Shown piece after piece: positions 11,703 to 23,344 of a stretch of 64,000 nt of DNA (positions are counted from its first letter, which is position 1; each line of letters begins with the position of its first letter). This stretch comes from Pelomyxa schiedti (taxonomy: Eukaryota > Protista > Evosea). Position numbers and translations under genes: made by a program. The notes below the pieces were generated by a model. It was not told the DNA's origin. It saw only the letters and a program-made list of their open reading frames with translations, and made no database searches. The DNA is taken from positions 1 to 64,000 of the forward strand of contig JAHLWZ010000191.1 of NCBI GenBank assembly GCA_020536535.1. Reading direction: 5' to 3'.

Positions 11703-13436
11703 TCAGGTGTGGGTTGGTCGTTGTTGTTCCTTCTCCTTCTTGTTTGCGATGAGAGTGAGGAGGAGAACAACACCACCAAGGAGGCCAATCAACCCTTCGA
11801 CAACGAGAAGGCCAATGGTCACTGCTTGGCCAGCATCAACACCATTCGATGAGGAACCTCCTGGTGATGCCTTGTGTGATGTGAATCCATCATAGTCGGT
11901 CCAGCACTCGTATTTAGATATCCACTGTACCCCCACACCATTAGGCTCCACAAAGCAGTCCTCACACATGTTGTCAGTGCACAGGTGCTTAGCTTGTATC
12001 CCCTGATCCCATTCATAATAACCCCAAAGGTTGTTGTCCATGAGAAGGCAGTCAGCATTAGACCAGTATGTGATTGTAACAGGGTCACCTTTGCACATGG
12101 GATGGCCCATGTGGCTGTCCAGGCTGGCCTGATACAGTGAGTGGTCATGCAGTTCCAAGGGTTACTTACTTGACAGGAAACCAGGAATTGATGTAGGTAC
12201 CAAATTCACTTATTGTAACACAAGCTACCCCTAGGTTTGGAGTGGTGCAGTCCATGATGGGACATGGTCCAAACAATTATCAGACTGGTAACTGGCAGTG
12301 ACATTTACCACTTGGCCAATGCAGGAATCATCAGTGAAGGTTACCTCCATGTACACATAAGAAAATGCACAATCACCACCATCATAGTCACATTCTGCAA
12401 CATTACATTCGTGGTCACAGTGACCATCTGAAATGTGGCTGATGTGGCATGCCCCGTCAACTGGCTCATTCATTCCACAGAAAGTGTCCACTTTGGGGCA
12501 GGTAAATAGTAGTTGGACAAAAGAGGTACATACTGCAATCTCCATCGTCCCAATCACAGACCTCATTGTAACAGGCTGTCTCACAATGACCATTACCAAC
12601 AGAAGAGTACATGCAGCCAAAGTCACAATAGCCTTCCATTACGCTGTCACAGTCACCATCATCCCATACACATACTTCGTTGTAGCAGGCCGGCTGACAG
12701 ACTCCATTGCCGAGATCGAAATTCAGACAGCCTTCTGCACAGTAATCTGTTCCATGACAGTTTGAAATCGCCAGGAAGGAAAGCATGGTTTACCAGTACA
12801 GTCCCCAAGGTCATACCTGCATTCCTCAGTGTTGCACTCCCAGTCACAGAGTCCATCCCCAATGGACTCTCCATCACACAGTGGGGAACAATCAAAGAAC
12901 ACTGAGGGAGTGTAAGTATTGAGAAAATTGAAGGAATTTGAGGCTTATGTTCCTGGTTTTGTTAATAGGGGACATAGTACATACTGCAGTCGCCACTATC
13001 CCTGCTACAGTCGATATTATTACACTCGATGTCACACCACCCATCTGCCAAGTCGGCCTCATTGCAGTTCCAATTTCCGCACGCTGCATTGCAACCACAG
13101 TCGCAGTCGTCATAATTGCAGTCACTAGTCATGCACCAGGGGTCACATACCCCATTCCCAATGTCAGTGTAACTACACCCAACATTGCACAGGTCTGCAG
13201 TGCATTAACACACTAAAAACAACGAAAAAAAAGAGGCAACAACCAGCGCAGTCACTCCAGTCAAACTGGTTGGTCTCACTGTAGCACTCAATGTCACAAA
13301 CGCCATCACCAATGTAGCTCTCATTACAATACCCAGAGTAACCCTCAAAAGCATTACTCAACATTGGCCCCAGCACGGCAACAGCAATAGTGGTCCTTAA
13401 CAAAACTACCAAATCAACCCTCCCCATAACCAACAT
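11703..13436 (-). pseudogene. LNR-repeat membrane protein, copy A, with two 1-nt frameshifts
   Basis: Paralog of copy B with about 7 LNR repeats. It lacks one base relative to the B frame at ~12258 (premature TAG at 12231) and at ~12103. Pseudogene or consensus error. Confidence 0.7.
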
Positions 13437-13465
13437 TACTTTTTTCCTTTTTTCGTTTTTTCTTA

Positions 13466-15116
13466 CAGGGGAATGCGATTGGGGTGGGAAAACGAGAGGG
13501 AGTTTGTGGTAAAGGGAGCGGGAAAAGCAGGAAGAAATGCAGAAAAAGATGCGGGAAAAGCACCGGTCAGGGTTTCTAGAAACAGCGCCAACCGACGCGG
13601 GGGTCTTCGTTTCAAACAACAAAAAAATCATTCTAATAAACAAAGCGTCGCTAGGGCGTTGGTGATTTATGGTGTGACAGTGCTGGTGATGCACATTGCG
13701 GTGTTTGGCTGTTGACTTCTGTTCCGGTATTGTTCTCCTTGCTTTTTTTATTCTGTGGTCACTTATTTATTGCCTTTTCCCCTTACTTTGTATTAACAGT
13801 TTGTTTTTTTAATTTCGTTTTGTTCTGTTGTTTGGTTTCTTTGTCTTGTACCCTAACTTTGGTTTTATTTCGTTTGGTGTACGTAAGTTTTTGGTCTTGT
13901 ACTCACGTCAACGCAGGTTGAGGATAATGACGAGAAGAAGCAGGCATAGCGGTATGTTTCCATTTGTGTTTCAAGTCTCCCTCACTCCAACATAGGGCCT
14001 CCATGCAGTGACTCAGTCCACTTCAATGGACCAAGCCGGAACTACATGTATTTTCTCCGCTTTTTCTTACCCCGGTACTCCATGCACTCATCTCCCCTTT
14101 GGGTAAGTAATGTTGAATAGGTGGTGGACTGGCCCGGCTGAGATGACAGCCTGTCACGAAAGTGGGGTAAGTCCCCCTCCTTTTTAATCATCACCCCACT
14201 CAAACATAATAGGTACCCCCAGACTTATAGGCAGGCCTGGGAGAATGTGTGCAGCTCTGACCAACTCAGGGTCTCCCTGCATTGCCACTGCAGCCCTTTT
14301 CTGCATTTCCGGCATGGTATGTGGCTCCTTTTTTTCTTTTTTCCAGTAATATAGCATTCAGGTGGGACTGGCTGGCTTCGGAGCTGAGGTCTATCATCAA
14401 GGTAATTCCCTCTCCCTTTTTATCATCACCCCACTCAACAATAACAAGTTAACAGATGCCAGGAGGTTCCCTTCGTCCATTCCCCTCCCCTCGCGACAGG
14501 GGGCCTATGCCCACATTACCTGAAGTCGAAAATTGACTTCAGGTGAAAAAAAAAAATCATTTACTTCCAGAAAGTGCTCAGGCCTTTTTTTTTTAGCTCC
14601 AGGAGCCGGCGTTTTTTTTTTCGGACACCAATGGGGGATGTAAGGTGGAAAAGGAAATGCTGGCTTACAAACCAAAACTGCTCTGCAGTAACATCGAACT
14701 GACGCAGTTTGGATGGCAGATATAGGGTTGTAAGTTTGATTTAAACTTAAAGTTGAAGTACACACCAGTGTTCCTGGTTGGTGATGGTGTTGATCCTATT
14801 GTTCCGGTTCCACCTAAAGAAAGTGAGGTGCTTGGTAGTTCTAGTTACATGCACCTTGAGGCACCAGTGCTGCGAGTAGGGGAGTGATACAGTGCAACAT
14901 AACACGGGTAATTCCTCAGTGTGCCACATGGCTTGGTTTTTTTTATTTTAATGGTTTTTTTGTTGTTTGAAACGAAGACCCCCGCGTCGGTTGGCGCTGT
15001 TTCTAGAAACCCTGACCGGTGCTTTTCCCGCATCTTTTTCTGCATTTCTTCCTGCTTTTCCCGCTCCCTTTACCACAAACTCCCTCTCGTTTTCCCACCC
15101 CAATCGCATTCCCCTG
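13466..15116. mobile_element. 1651-bp non-autonomous Tc1/mariner-like element with ~162-bp TIRs and a TA TSD
   Basis: 13466-13627 is the reverse complement of 14955-15116. Ends CAGGGG/CCCCTG, with TA at 13464-5 and 15117-8. GCGGGAAAAGCA occurs twice in each TIR. No transposase ORF. Confidence 0.9.
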
Positions 15117-15317
15117 TATTTTTATCTAAGTACAGAGCGAACAATCTACAACTATCAAGATACATCGCGAAGAAGTTTGATAAGATCCGATGATCCCCGA
15201 TAGACTCCGCTTTTGAGCTAAAGGGTTAATTTGATTTCGCCTTGAGAAGTGAGTTTCCTTGCGTGATAAAGAGGCTTTCGCCGGCTTTTTTTAGCAGGGA
15301 TTTCCACCAACGAAGAC

Positions 15318-17409
15318 TTATGGGACCGGCTCAACTTCTTTCTTCTTTTTAGAACACGGCACAAATTTTTTGGAAAACGGGTGTGGTTGCGAGGGGGGTG
15401 TTGTGAGGGGGGTGTTGTGAGGGGAACTGAACGAGAAACACCTGACGAGGGAGGTCTCAGCGTACCAACGTTGTATCAACTTCAACCTGAACAGTGGTAT
15501 GTTGTCCTCCACGTTCCTCACGTAAATGTGCTGGATGGTGTCGGATTTGGTACAATCCGTGGGGTCCACCTTCCTCTTTTCTGAAGTTGCCAGCATGAGA
15601 CCGCTGTTTGTCTCCCACTGGACACTCTCGAACCCTGTGGTGTCGACGGTCATCAGCACCTCCTCTGGCGTGTTGACGTCTCGCACTTCATATCTACCGT
15701 CGTACGTCACACAGAACTTGGTTCCGTTCCCGATTCGGAACAAGTTCCTGGCTTCACATCCAGCACTTTGGACGAGGTGAGGCACTGCTGAATTCCTCTT
15801 TATGACGTATACTCTGCTCGTCGATGACTTGGCGACCACGACTGCGTCGTCGCCCAAGTCGTAATCAGAGGAACCGGACCTGATCACAAATGCCATTGAA
15901 ATGGTCTCATGGGGCAGGGCCTGGGCCCCAGTTACCGGCCACCTCTCGATCTCGTGCAATCGCTTGCTCTCCAAGGATTTCTTAACATTCCAAAATATTA
16001 TCTGATGCTCTGTCGGCGAGATCGTCGGGCTCATCTTCAGGGAAATGAGGAGCGCCACGTGGGGCTCCCTCTTGCTCAGGGTGACAAAGGAAATCACGTG
16101 CCCTTCCAACAGGCCCAGGTCTTCTTGTTGAACTTTCAACGGGGAGGACGGGGAACCTCCAATTTGTGGTGGGGGCAGAAGGGCAGGCTCAATGTAAAAT
16201 TCTGGTTCACCCCCACAGTAATAAAGGAGCCAGTGGCTGTTTGTCCGGCAGTGAAATACTCCAGGGGGAGGATCGCGGTGCTCCAGCAAGACCCTCCAAT
16301 CTTCCGGGCTTCGCAAGTTACGAAGCTTGAAAATGGAAGGGAACCCTCGACCCTTCTTCTCCAAAACCACGTAGTCATCCTCTCCAGCCCAGGTCACCCA
16401 CCAGTTGTCTTCAGGGTAAAGCAAAATGGGATTGTCTTCCATTTCATAGGATATGACACCTGCCCCCTGCCAGAGTCCGAGCTTGAGGGCTCGCTGGTCT
16501 GGCCTTCCTTGACCGGTGGCGGTGCGGAGCATGATGACCAGCCTCTTCTCTGCGGCCCTTGCCCAATCGAAGACGGGATGTAGCAAAGACGGCGTCAAAA
16601 CTCGCACGTGCGGCAGATGCACCTCCGCACCGGGGAAGAGTTCCCGCCAAAAGGCTCACCATCTGTTCTCGCAAGAATATTCCGTCGATGTACGGCTCCA
16701 CGGACCTTGGCACTTGGAGGTTTCCCCCTGTGGATGCGGAAATCATTCTTGTCTCAGCCACACCATTGGCTGCTGGGGTTATTGTGGTGTCAGACAGAGC
16801 TGCGGATTTACGTTCGGAGGCTCTTTCACGTTCAGCAACAGTTGAAGCCGTGATGGTGCTGATGGTTGGAGTGAGACCGACAACGAGTGGTTTGCGTGGC
16901 TCCGCCTCTTCATCTACTCTCCCCTTTTTGGATTTTGGGGGATTCACGTTCTTCTGGCTCGAGGTTACTGCTATGGATGAGGAGGATGAGGACGAGGAGG
17001 AAGGGGTCTTGGTGGCTAGTAGTTGTCTCAGCGACGATGAGGCCGAGGACGAGCGGGATGGAGGTGCAGACGGGGAAGGAGACGCCAAAGAGCCCGTGGT
17101 GGTTGTGATAATGGAGGATGATGAAGCAGCTTTGAGGGTGTTCGATGGATTGGAAGTCGAGGAAGCCGACAGGGGCTTGGTTGTTGCGCCGGTGGCTACC
17201 AACGGGGCGGCGGCGCGCTTGCCTCTTCTTGGGGGGGGCCTCTTCAGCTGGCTGGAGCGGGGAGCGGGACCGCCTTTCGGGGTGGTGTTGGCGCGGTGCG
17301 GTGCGGCCCCGAGCGGCTCCTGGATGTCTTGGGGGAGACCTGTCAACTCGCTCTCGATGTGGATTTCGCTTGATGAACCTTGGTGAACGGAGGACAGATC
17401 GCTGCTCAT
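15318..17409 (-). CDS. Intronless hypothetical protein (Ser/Pro-rich N-terminus plus beta-rich domain) split by a frameshift near 16605
   Basis: ORF 16444-17409 (ATG start) and ORF 15318-16622 overlap in different frames. The joined motif would read LREQMVSLLAGTLPRCGGAS..RVLTPSLLHPVFDW. Confidence 0.55.
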
Positions 17410-17707
17410 TCTTTTGCGTCTAGACGATTACGGTACCGCGTGCTCCTTCCTTTTTATCCCTTTTTTTGTTTTGCCTTTTTGTTGCCTTGTTCTAAAACGC
17501 GATTACGAAAAGGTTTTTGCACTTGTGTGGACCTTGACAGGGATACTGTCGGTTGAGGTGGAACACTGGAATGACAATGGAATGACAACACAATCTCCGA
17601 TGCTGGGGCTGTGTTTGGTTCGAACCACCACAGCCATCATTTTTTCTTTTTCTGAGAAATAGCATTGCAGCAGAGCACACTCTCGTCCGCCTTTGTTACC
17701 GCACAAA

Positions 17708-17779
17708 GGCTCCGTAGTATAATGGTTAGTATGGGAGATTTTGGCTCTCTTGATCTCAGTTCGATTCTGAGCGGGGCCA
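17708..17779 (+). tRNA. tRNA-Gln (anticodon TTG)
   Basis: Canonical cloverleaf: GGCTCCG/CGGGGCC acceptor stem, GGAGA-TTTTGGC-TCTCT anticodon arm, CTCAG-TTCGATT-CTGAG T arm, and a downstream T run. Confidence 0.95.
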
Positions 17780-17812
17780 GTAATTTTTCAGCAAAGTTTT
17801 TTTTTATTCGGG

Positions 17813-20800
17813 TTATGGTGGAGACAGAAGTGTTTGTGTGTTTATGCAGTCCCATATCCACTGTGGTGTGACTATGATCCTTGACTCAACCTGCGGTGTT
17901 GGTTACTTTGTTATTGTAGGTGTTGTTGGCAGGAAGCAAACCTCTTTGGGCAGGTCACATGAAGCACTGGATACAACGTGGGTTGTGGTTGCCAGAAATA
18001 TGGAAGTATGGCCCCCATATCTAGGGTTATAAGTGTATTAGAAAGGATGGATGTGTATTTCACTTACGCATAGATGTATCTCTTCAACATTTGTGTCTCG
18101 GCTGAGGGGTGCCCACAGAGGTAGAACACATTACCTAAAACAGCAAGTTATTTGGTTTGAATTACTATTTAATTCAAGCTAGAAATAACTTGAGAAGAGC
18201 AGTGAGAGGTCATTGGTGCTGGGTTTGCTTGAGGCGACCTCTGTAGGAATTCTGGCTTTCTGTAAAGGTTGTTCTGGGGCTGCAGCAGGCGCTGGTACTG
18301 GGAGGGATGGTTTTGTTGCAGATGGTTGTGTAGTCAGTTGCGGTTGTGGTGCTTGTGGTTTAGTTTTTGCTGTTGTATGTTGCGGTTGTGGCACTTGTGG
18401 TTGAGTGTTGGCTGCATGTGGAGGACAAACTGCAAAAGTAGCCTCTGGCACTCTTGTATGTGAGCGTTGTACTTCGTTGACCCAACCCTGGAAAACTGTT
18501 AGAATTCTGGTTTTTGTTTAGTTAAAAAAAAAAGATGGCACCTCCCCAAGAACTGTTCCACCAAGATTCCATACGTGAGAACGTTTGTCATCCCCTACAA
18601 ACGTGATATAGTGTGTGGACTTCAACAAGTCAGTAAACAATAGAGTGAAAAGCTAGTAAAACTAACTTGGTCCTGCCCATACGGTTTCCATCTTTGTTGT
18701 ACACTAGATATTGATGTTAATGAGGACGAACTAAAGGAAGGAGGACAATACTTTGCACCAAGCAGTGCCAGCTTGTGAGAAAGCTCTGGCCTGTTGGGAT
18801 GAGCCTCCGGAACTACTACATAACAGCGAGAAAGTGGGGCAATGCCTTTTGTTTTCTCTGTGAGACAGACTGAGTTCAGGACTAAAAACAACCTTGTCCT
18901 TGAAGAGTGCTATCATCTTCCGTTATATCTCCAGAATCAGTAAGTTCCTCTTCCGATTCTGTTTCCACTTGATATTTGGTCTTGTCATCTTTCTTATCGG
19001 CAGCTGGCATTGGCTGATCGGACTGTTGATGTGCTTGCACGTCAGTTGAGTGTTCTCCAGCGCCATAAATATACACGGTGACACCTTTCATAACCAATGA
19101 CTTGTTCAGCATAAATTCAACGGTTTCCCAAGAAATTTTTGGTGGCAGATTAGGTATTACTTCCATATGGATGCTAGCATTCTTGAGTTTTCCAATGGCT
19201 GCAATCTGATAAAAATTAGAAAAGAAAAGGAAACAAATAGAGATAAATACAGCGTTGAGTGATGTATCTAATGCCTTTTGCTGCAGTACGCTTGATTTAC
19301 TCTTCTTGGCTGTTTTTATAACCGCAGCAAAACACACATACACTTTGCAGTTTGCAGGATGTGATTCCACTTTAGCCAAATGAGTTGTGCCAATGGAGAG
19401 GGGAGCAGCTGACTGTAGGTGTTGAACTACTTCAGGCCAGAGCGATTGCACTCTTCCATCAACATCGGGAGTAGGAGAATCATCTGTGAATTGGATCACG
19501 AACTATTGGCATGTTAGTGGGCAAGGCACACATAAATGGAACCTTAGATTCAGTAGGTGGCCCTGCTCGTAACTCAAATAAATTACCCAGAAAATAGATA
19601 AGGTCTGTTTAGGAGTTATAACGTTGGATGTAAAACAATAGCTTTCCGTTTGAAATGGTCTGCTTTCCCTTTTTCACCACTTTGGCTGGTGAAGATGGAG
19701 TGCTCCGCACTTGGGCAGGAGCTGGGTGTTGTGGCTTGACTTGTGGTTGAAGTACAGTTTGGGAAGAAGTGGTTGCCGGGTTTGGCTTAGGCTTGGGCTT
19801 GGGCTCAGATTTATTACACCAACCAGGGAGGTGCCGTGCAGAATCAGGTACATCTGATTTTCTACTGTTTTCTTAAGGAATACTATGTACACATGAGGCT
19901 GTGATATACCCCTTTGTAGTGGCATCTGAAGCTTGTGCTTTATTCTTGGACACTAGTAGTCTAAGTTCCGCCAAAGTTGTAGCACTATTGAAGTCCTTAT
20001 CCTCTCTTATTCTGGTAATTCTGGGAAATCGTATTGAAATTCCATCAGCAGTATGCCGTTCTGATTGGGAGAACTCAGCACCAGAAATCTCCCAAATAGG
20101 AGCGGAACGAGGATCTTTGACAACCCAATCTGGCACGATTGCGCGATTTATGATTAACCACTCTGGGACCTTTTCAAAGTTTCGTTCAATTTTTGTCATG
20201 GTTGGAACAAGTATCTTCTGCATTTGATCCATGGCAACCTCATCTAGACCATTTCCGGCCTATTGATGGGGTTGGGTACATAGAAAACACAGCTAGTACC
20301 TTGCAAACAGTTTTGAAATTTTGGGTTTGTTCATCAAAACAACCCATCAAAAAGATACTCACCATCCCACCATGTTGGTTCTTTCCATAATAACCGCCAA
20401 GAACAATCAAGTCAGCAGAATCGGTCATATTCAGTGTCGCAAGATAATCCTTGAATCATTGGTTGAAAGTTTTTTTTTGTCTTTCAAGTTTCTTACTCTT
20501 TTAATCTTGAGCCAGTGTCGGCATAGAGGCTCATAAATAGAATTTATTTCTGAAAAACGTATTTACTCAACTGTGAAAGATAGTCACGTACCTTTAACCA
20601 CCAATCCTTCTAAATTTCTTTGTATGACCCTGTCACCAAGTAAATCGGGGGAAAATAATTACAGTTAGTTACTTATTCATCATAGATGTCAACTGTGACT
20701 CTTCATGTACAACTTCGAGTTCCGATAGCTCGATTCTGTTTCGAATAACCTATGGAAAGTTAATATTAATTTGCACTAAAAGAATATAATTCTATTTGAA

Positions 20801-22721
20801 TTAAGAAAGGGGTGTTTGGTTTAAAGTGGAGGAAATCCAATTAACTTCAACATTGTCCTCAAGTATTCCCCTCCGTTTTATCAATGGAATATTCTGAAAA
20901 TGTAAGAAAACGAAGAATGGTAATGTCCGTGACTTACAAGTAGTGATTCACCATCAAGGTAAAGAATATCAAACAAAAAAATACAAACAGTGGCATCTTG
21001 AAAATTATTTTTTTTGTGGACTGAAAGAGAGCCAAACGGAAGAGGCTTGGAAAAGTTATATTTAGAGTTGGAAAAAGAGAACAAACAATGTGTGACTTCA
21101 CATCCATAAGCAAGATCTCTCCATCTTACAGAAAATTGATGAGGGAAACAAACAGGAGGAAAGTACCAAGAATGCAGTGTGAGGCTCTAATTCCTTGAGG
21201 AATGTACTCTTGGACCTCGGCAACCTGTGATTTATCTTCCATTAAGAGCGCACAGCAAAGACAGAAGCAGAACTTAAAGACCTTCCAAGGCATCACAGGT
21301 TTCAAAGTCCTACTATAACACACAATAGAGCTTCCGGTTTTGTGTATTTGAATTCTCTCCCCGTCATATTTTATCTCTGAGCTCCTTTAACAAAAGAAAT
21401 TCTTGCAAAATCGAACCTGAGAAGCACCCGTTTGGAAATCTTTGCATTACTTCTGAAAGTGACTTGCATGCTCTTAGCAAAGGCAAGAAAAGGAAGTAAG
21501 GATAAATAGCTCAGACAGAGAAACAACCGTGCTAGCATTGGACGGATAGGGGAGAGAAGTGAAATCCCTGTGGATAATCTCGGCTTTTTGGAGGGTATGC
21601 CACACGCACTGGCATCATCAACAACACTTGTAGTTGCAGCCTCAATGTTGTCACTGTACTTACTAGCCCCCCCATATATCCTCTCCACAATTTTTCGTAG
21701 ATCATTAGTATTCCGATATGCTTTACTCGGAGTCAGAGGGATGATAGGGTTTTTGGCACCAACCTTCCCAAGCATCACTATGTATTGCTTCCAGAACGAA
21801 CTTGGGCCCTATAGCGATACCCAAATCGTGGCGGATAAGAGCAACCAGGGTCTTCATATCGTCTATTTTAGTGTCACGTTGTAACGAGAGAAGTCCCAAG
21901 GACACACCTGGTGCAAGTCTGGGCACAATTTTCTGCATCACATTTACTTGCTGGTCTTCTTTGGTGACAGTAGTGAGCTCCGAGAGAAATCGATCGATTT
22001 CATGCAATGTAACAGTACTCTTAGTGGCTGGTTTTCCATATTTGATAAAGAACTTCAGGTAATTTTAAAGCCGTGGAATGGAAGATTAGTTGAACCTTTT
22101 TTGCAGTTTCAGTAACATTCCCATTGTCAAGATCAGAAGCCATCTCCGCATGTGGTGCTCCATATATCCTGAAAAGATAATCACAGGAAGAATAGGGCTG
22201 AACTAGACAACCTGCTCAAAATTTTTACAATCTGTTTCTCTTTCATGTTATAAACCCTTGTATCAATTTTGGGAAGGAGTAATTTGACCAGCAAGTAATG
22301 GTCTCCCCTGAAATTCAACTAAATACATCACCACAAGTTTTAAACAAACAACACTAGAACACCAAGTAATTCCCATAATTCCAAACACTCACTTGAACTC
22401 TTTGCAGAAGTCCGCAACCAAAGCAGTCTTGCCCGTCCACGTCGAGTCACGCTGAATAGAATCACACAAAGCACGGAAATCTGAGAACAATCCAGACTCG
22501 TCCTTACTACTTTGAGGAGCATCGCCAACATTTTTGGTGCTTGTCGTTGACGTGGTTGAAGTTGTAGAGGTTGTTGTTGCTTTTGAGGAAGTAGGTGCCG
22601 ACCCTGCCTTCGCGGACTTGTGGGACACGCCAAAGTCATAGTGGTCCTTGATAGCACTGTTTTCGAAAAAGCCCTCCTCCTCGTTGTTATCGTCAGGCTC
22701 CGTGTCATCTCCGGAAGACAT
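17813..22721 (-). CDS. LIG3: ATP-dependent DNA ligase III-like with a C-terminal macro domain and two BRCT-like domains
   Basis: LIRHDLGIAIGPKFVLEAI, PIRPMLA, KYDGERIQIHK, FDILYLDG, DLIVLGGYYG, GISIRFPRITRIREDK. The final exons LFS-GNVFYL..LKRYIYAYGG..VTPQWIWDCI form a LIG3-type BRCT. Confidence 0.9.
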
Positions 22722-22764
22722 CTTTTATCTCTTCAGAAAGATTTTTTGATTTATTTCCTTTTTC

Positions 22765-23344
22765 TCAGTCATGATCGCACTTCTGGGAATTCGATTTAGT
22801 ACGCCAGACCTTGTGCGCAGGCAGTAGGGTAGGCGCCACGTGAGTCGTGTCCCACGCGTCCCTCACCATTATGGGCTGGCGGGTTCGCCAGTCGGGATCA
22901 TCAGCAGGCGTGACGCGCACGACGCGCTCGGGGACGCGCTCCCACCTCACGGCGTGCTGCTCGGTGTCCGAGAACACGAAGTACTTGTAGCTTATCACGT
23001 CGGCTGTCGGGGGAACCGAGATGGACGTCATCCAGACCTGCCAAGGTGATTATGGGATACGAAAAACGGCGTTGGAAACGCACGTGGCCTCTGTTCCACT
23101 TCATTCTGTTAGTGAAACTGACGTGAGGCGCGGTATCGTCCTGCTTTCCCCACCACCCGGTGACGTAGAGGACCTCACTAGCCAGGGTTTAGTCACGTTG
23201 TTAATGAGGTAACAGGTAAGACCTGTATGCCGAGTAATAGTGTATCTCGAGATCGACGCTGACGCCGTTGTTCCACACGTTGTACGCACTACATTTGCGT
23301 CAATTGTGTTGTTGCAATGGTAAAGATACAGACCACTTGAACAT
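22765..23344 (-). CDS. Small stand-alone CBM20 (starch/glycogen-binding) protein
   Basis: Spliced product MFNAYNV..LEIHYYSAYSEVLYVTG..RMKWNRGHVWMTSISVP..ISYKYFV..VRWE..VRDAWD fits the CBM20 pattern; no catalytic domain. Confidence 0.75.

Noticed and set aside
9406-13436. Notch receptor homologs
   Set aside because: Only LNR repeats are present; there is no EGF array, ankyrin repeats or substantial intracellular domain.
13640-14950. Transposase inside the long-TIR element
   Set aside because: No long ORF or DDE/D motif in the frames or exon joins I tried.
16559-17386. 275-aa plus-strand ORF, and similar antisense ORFs at 2559-2984, 28010-28660, 36927-37414, 41113-41586 and 44501-44887
   Set aside because: Shadow frames of GC-rich or low-complexity coding exons on the opposite strand, with no family motifs.
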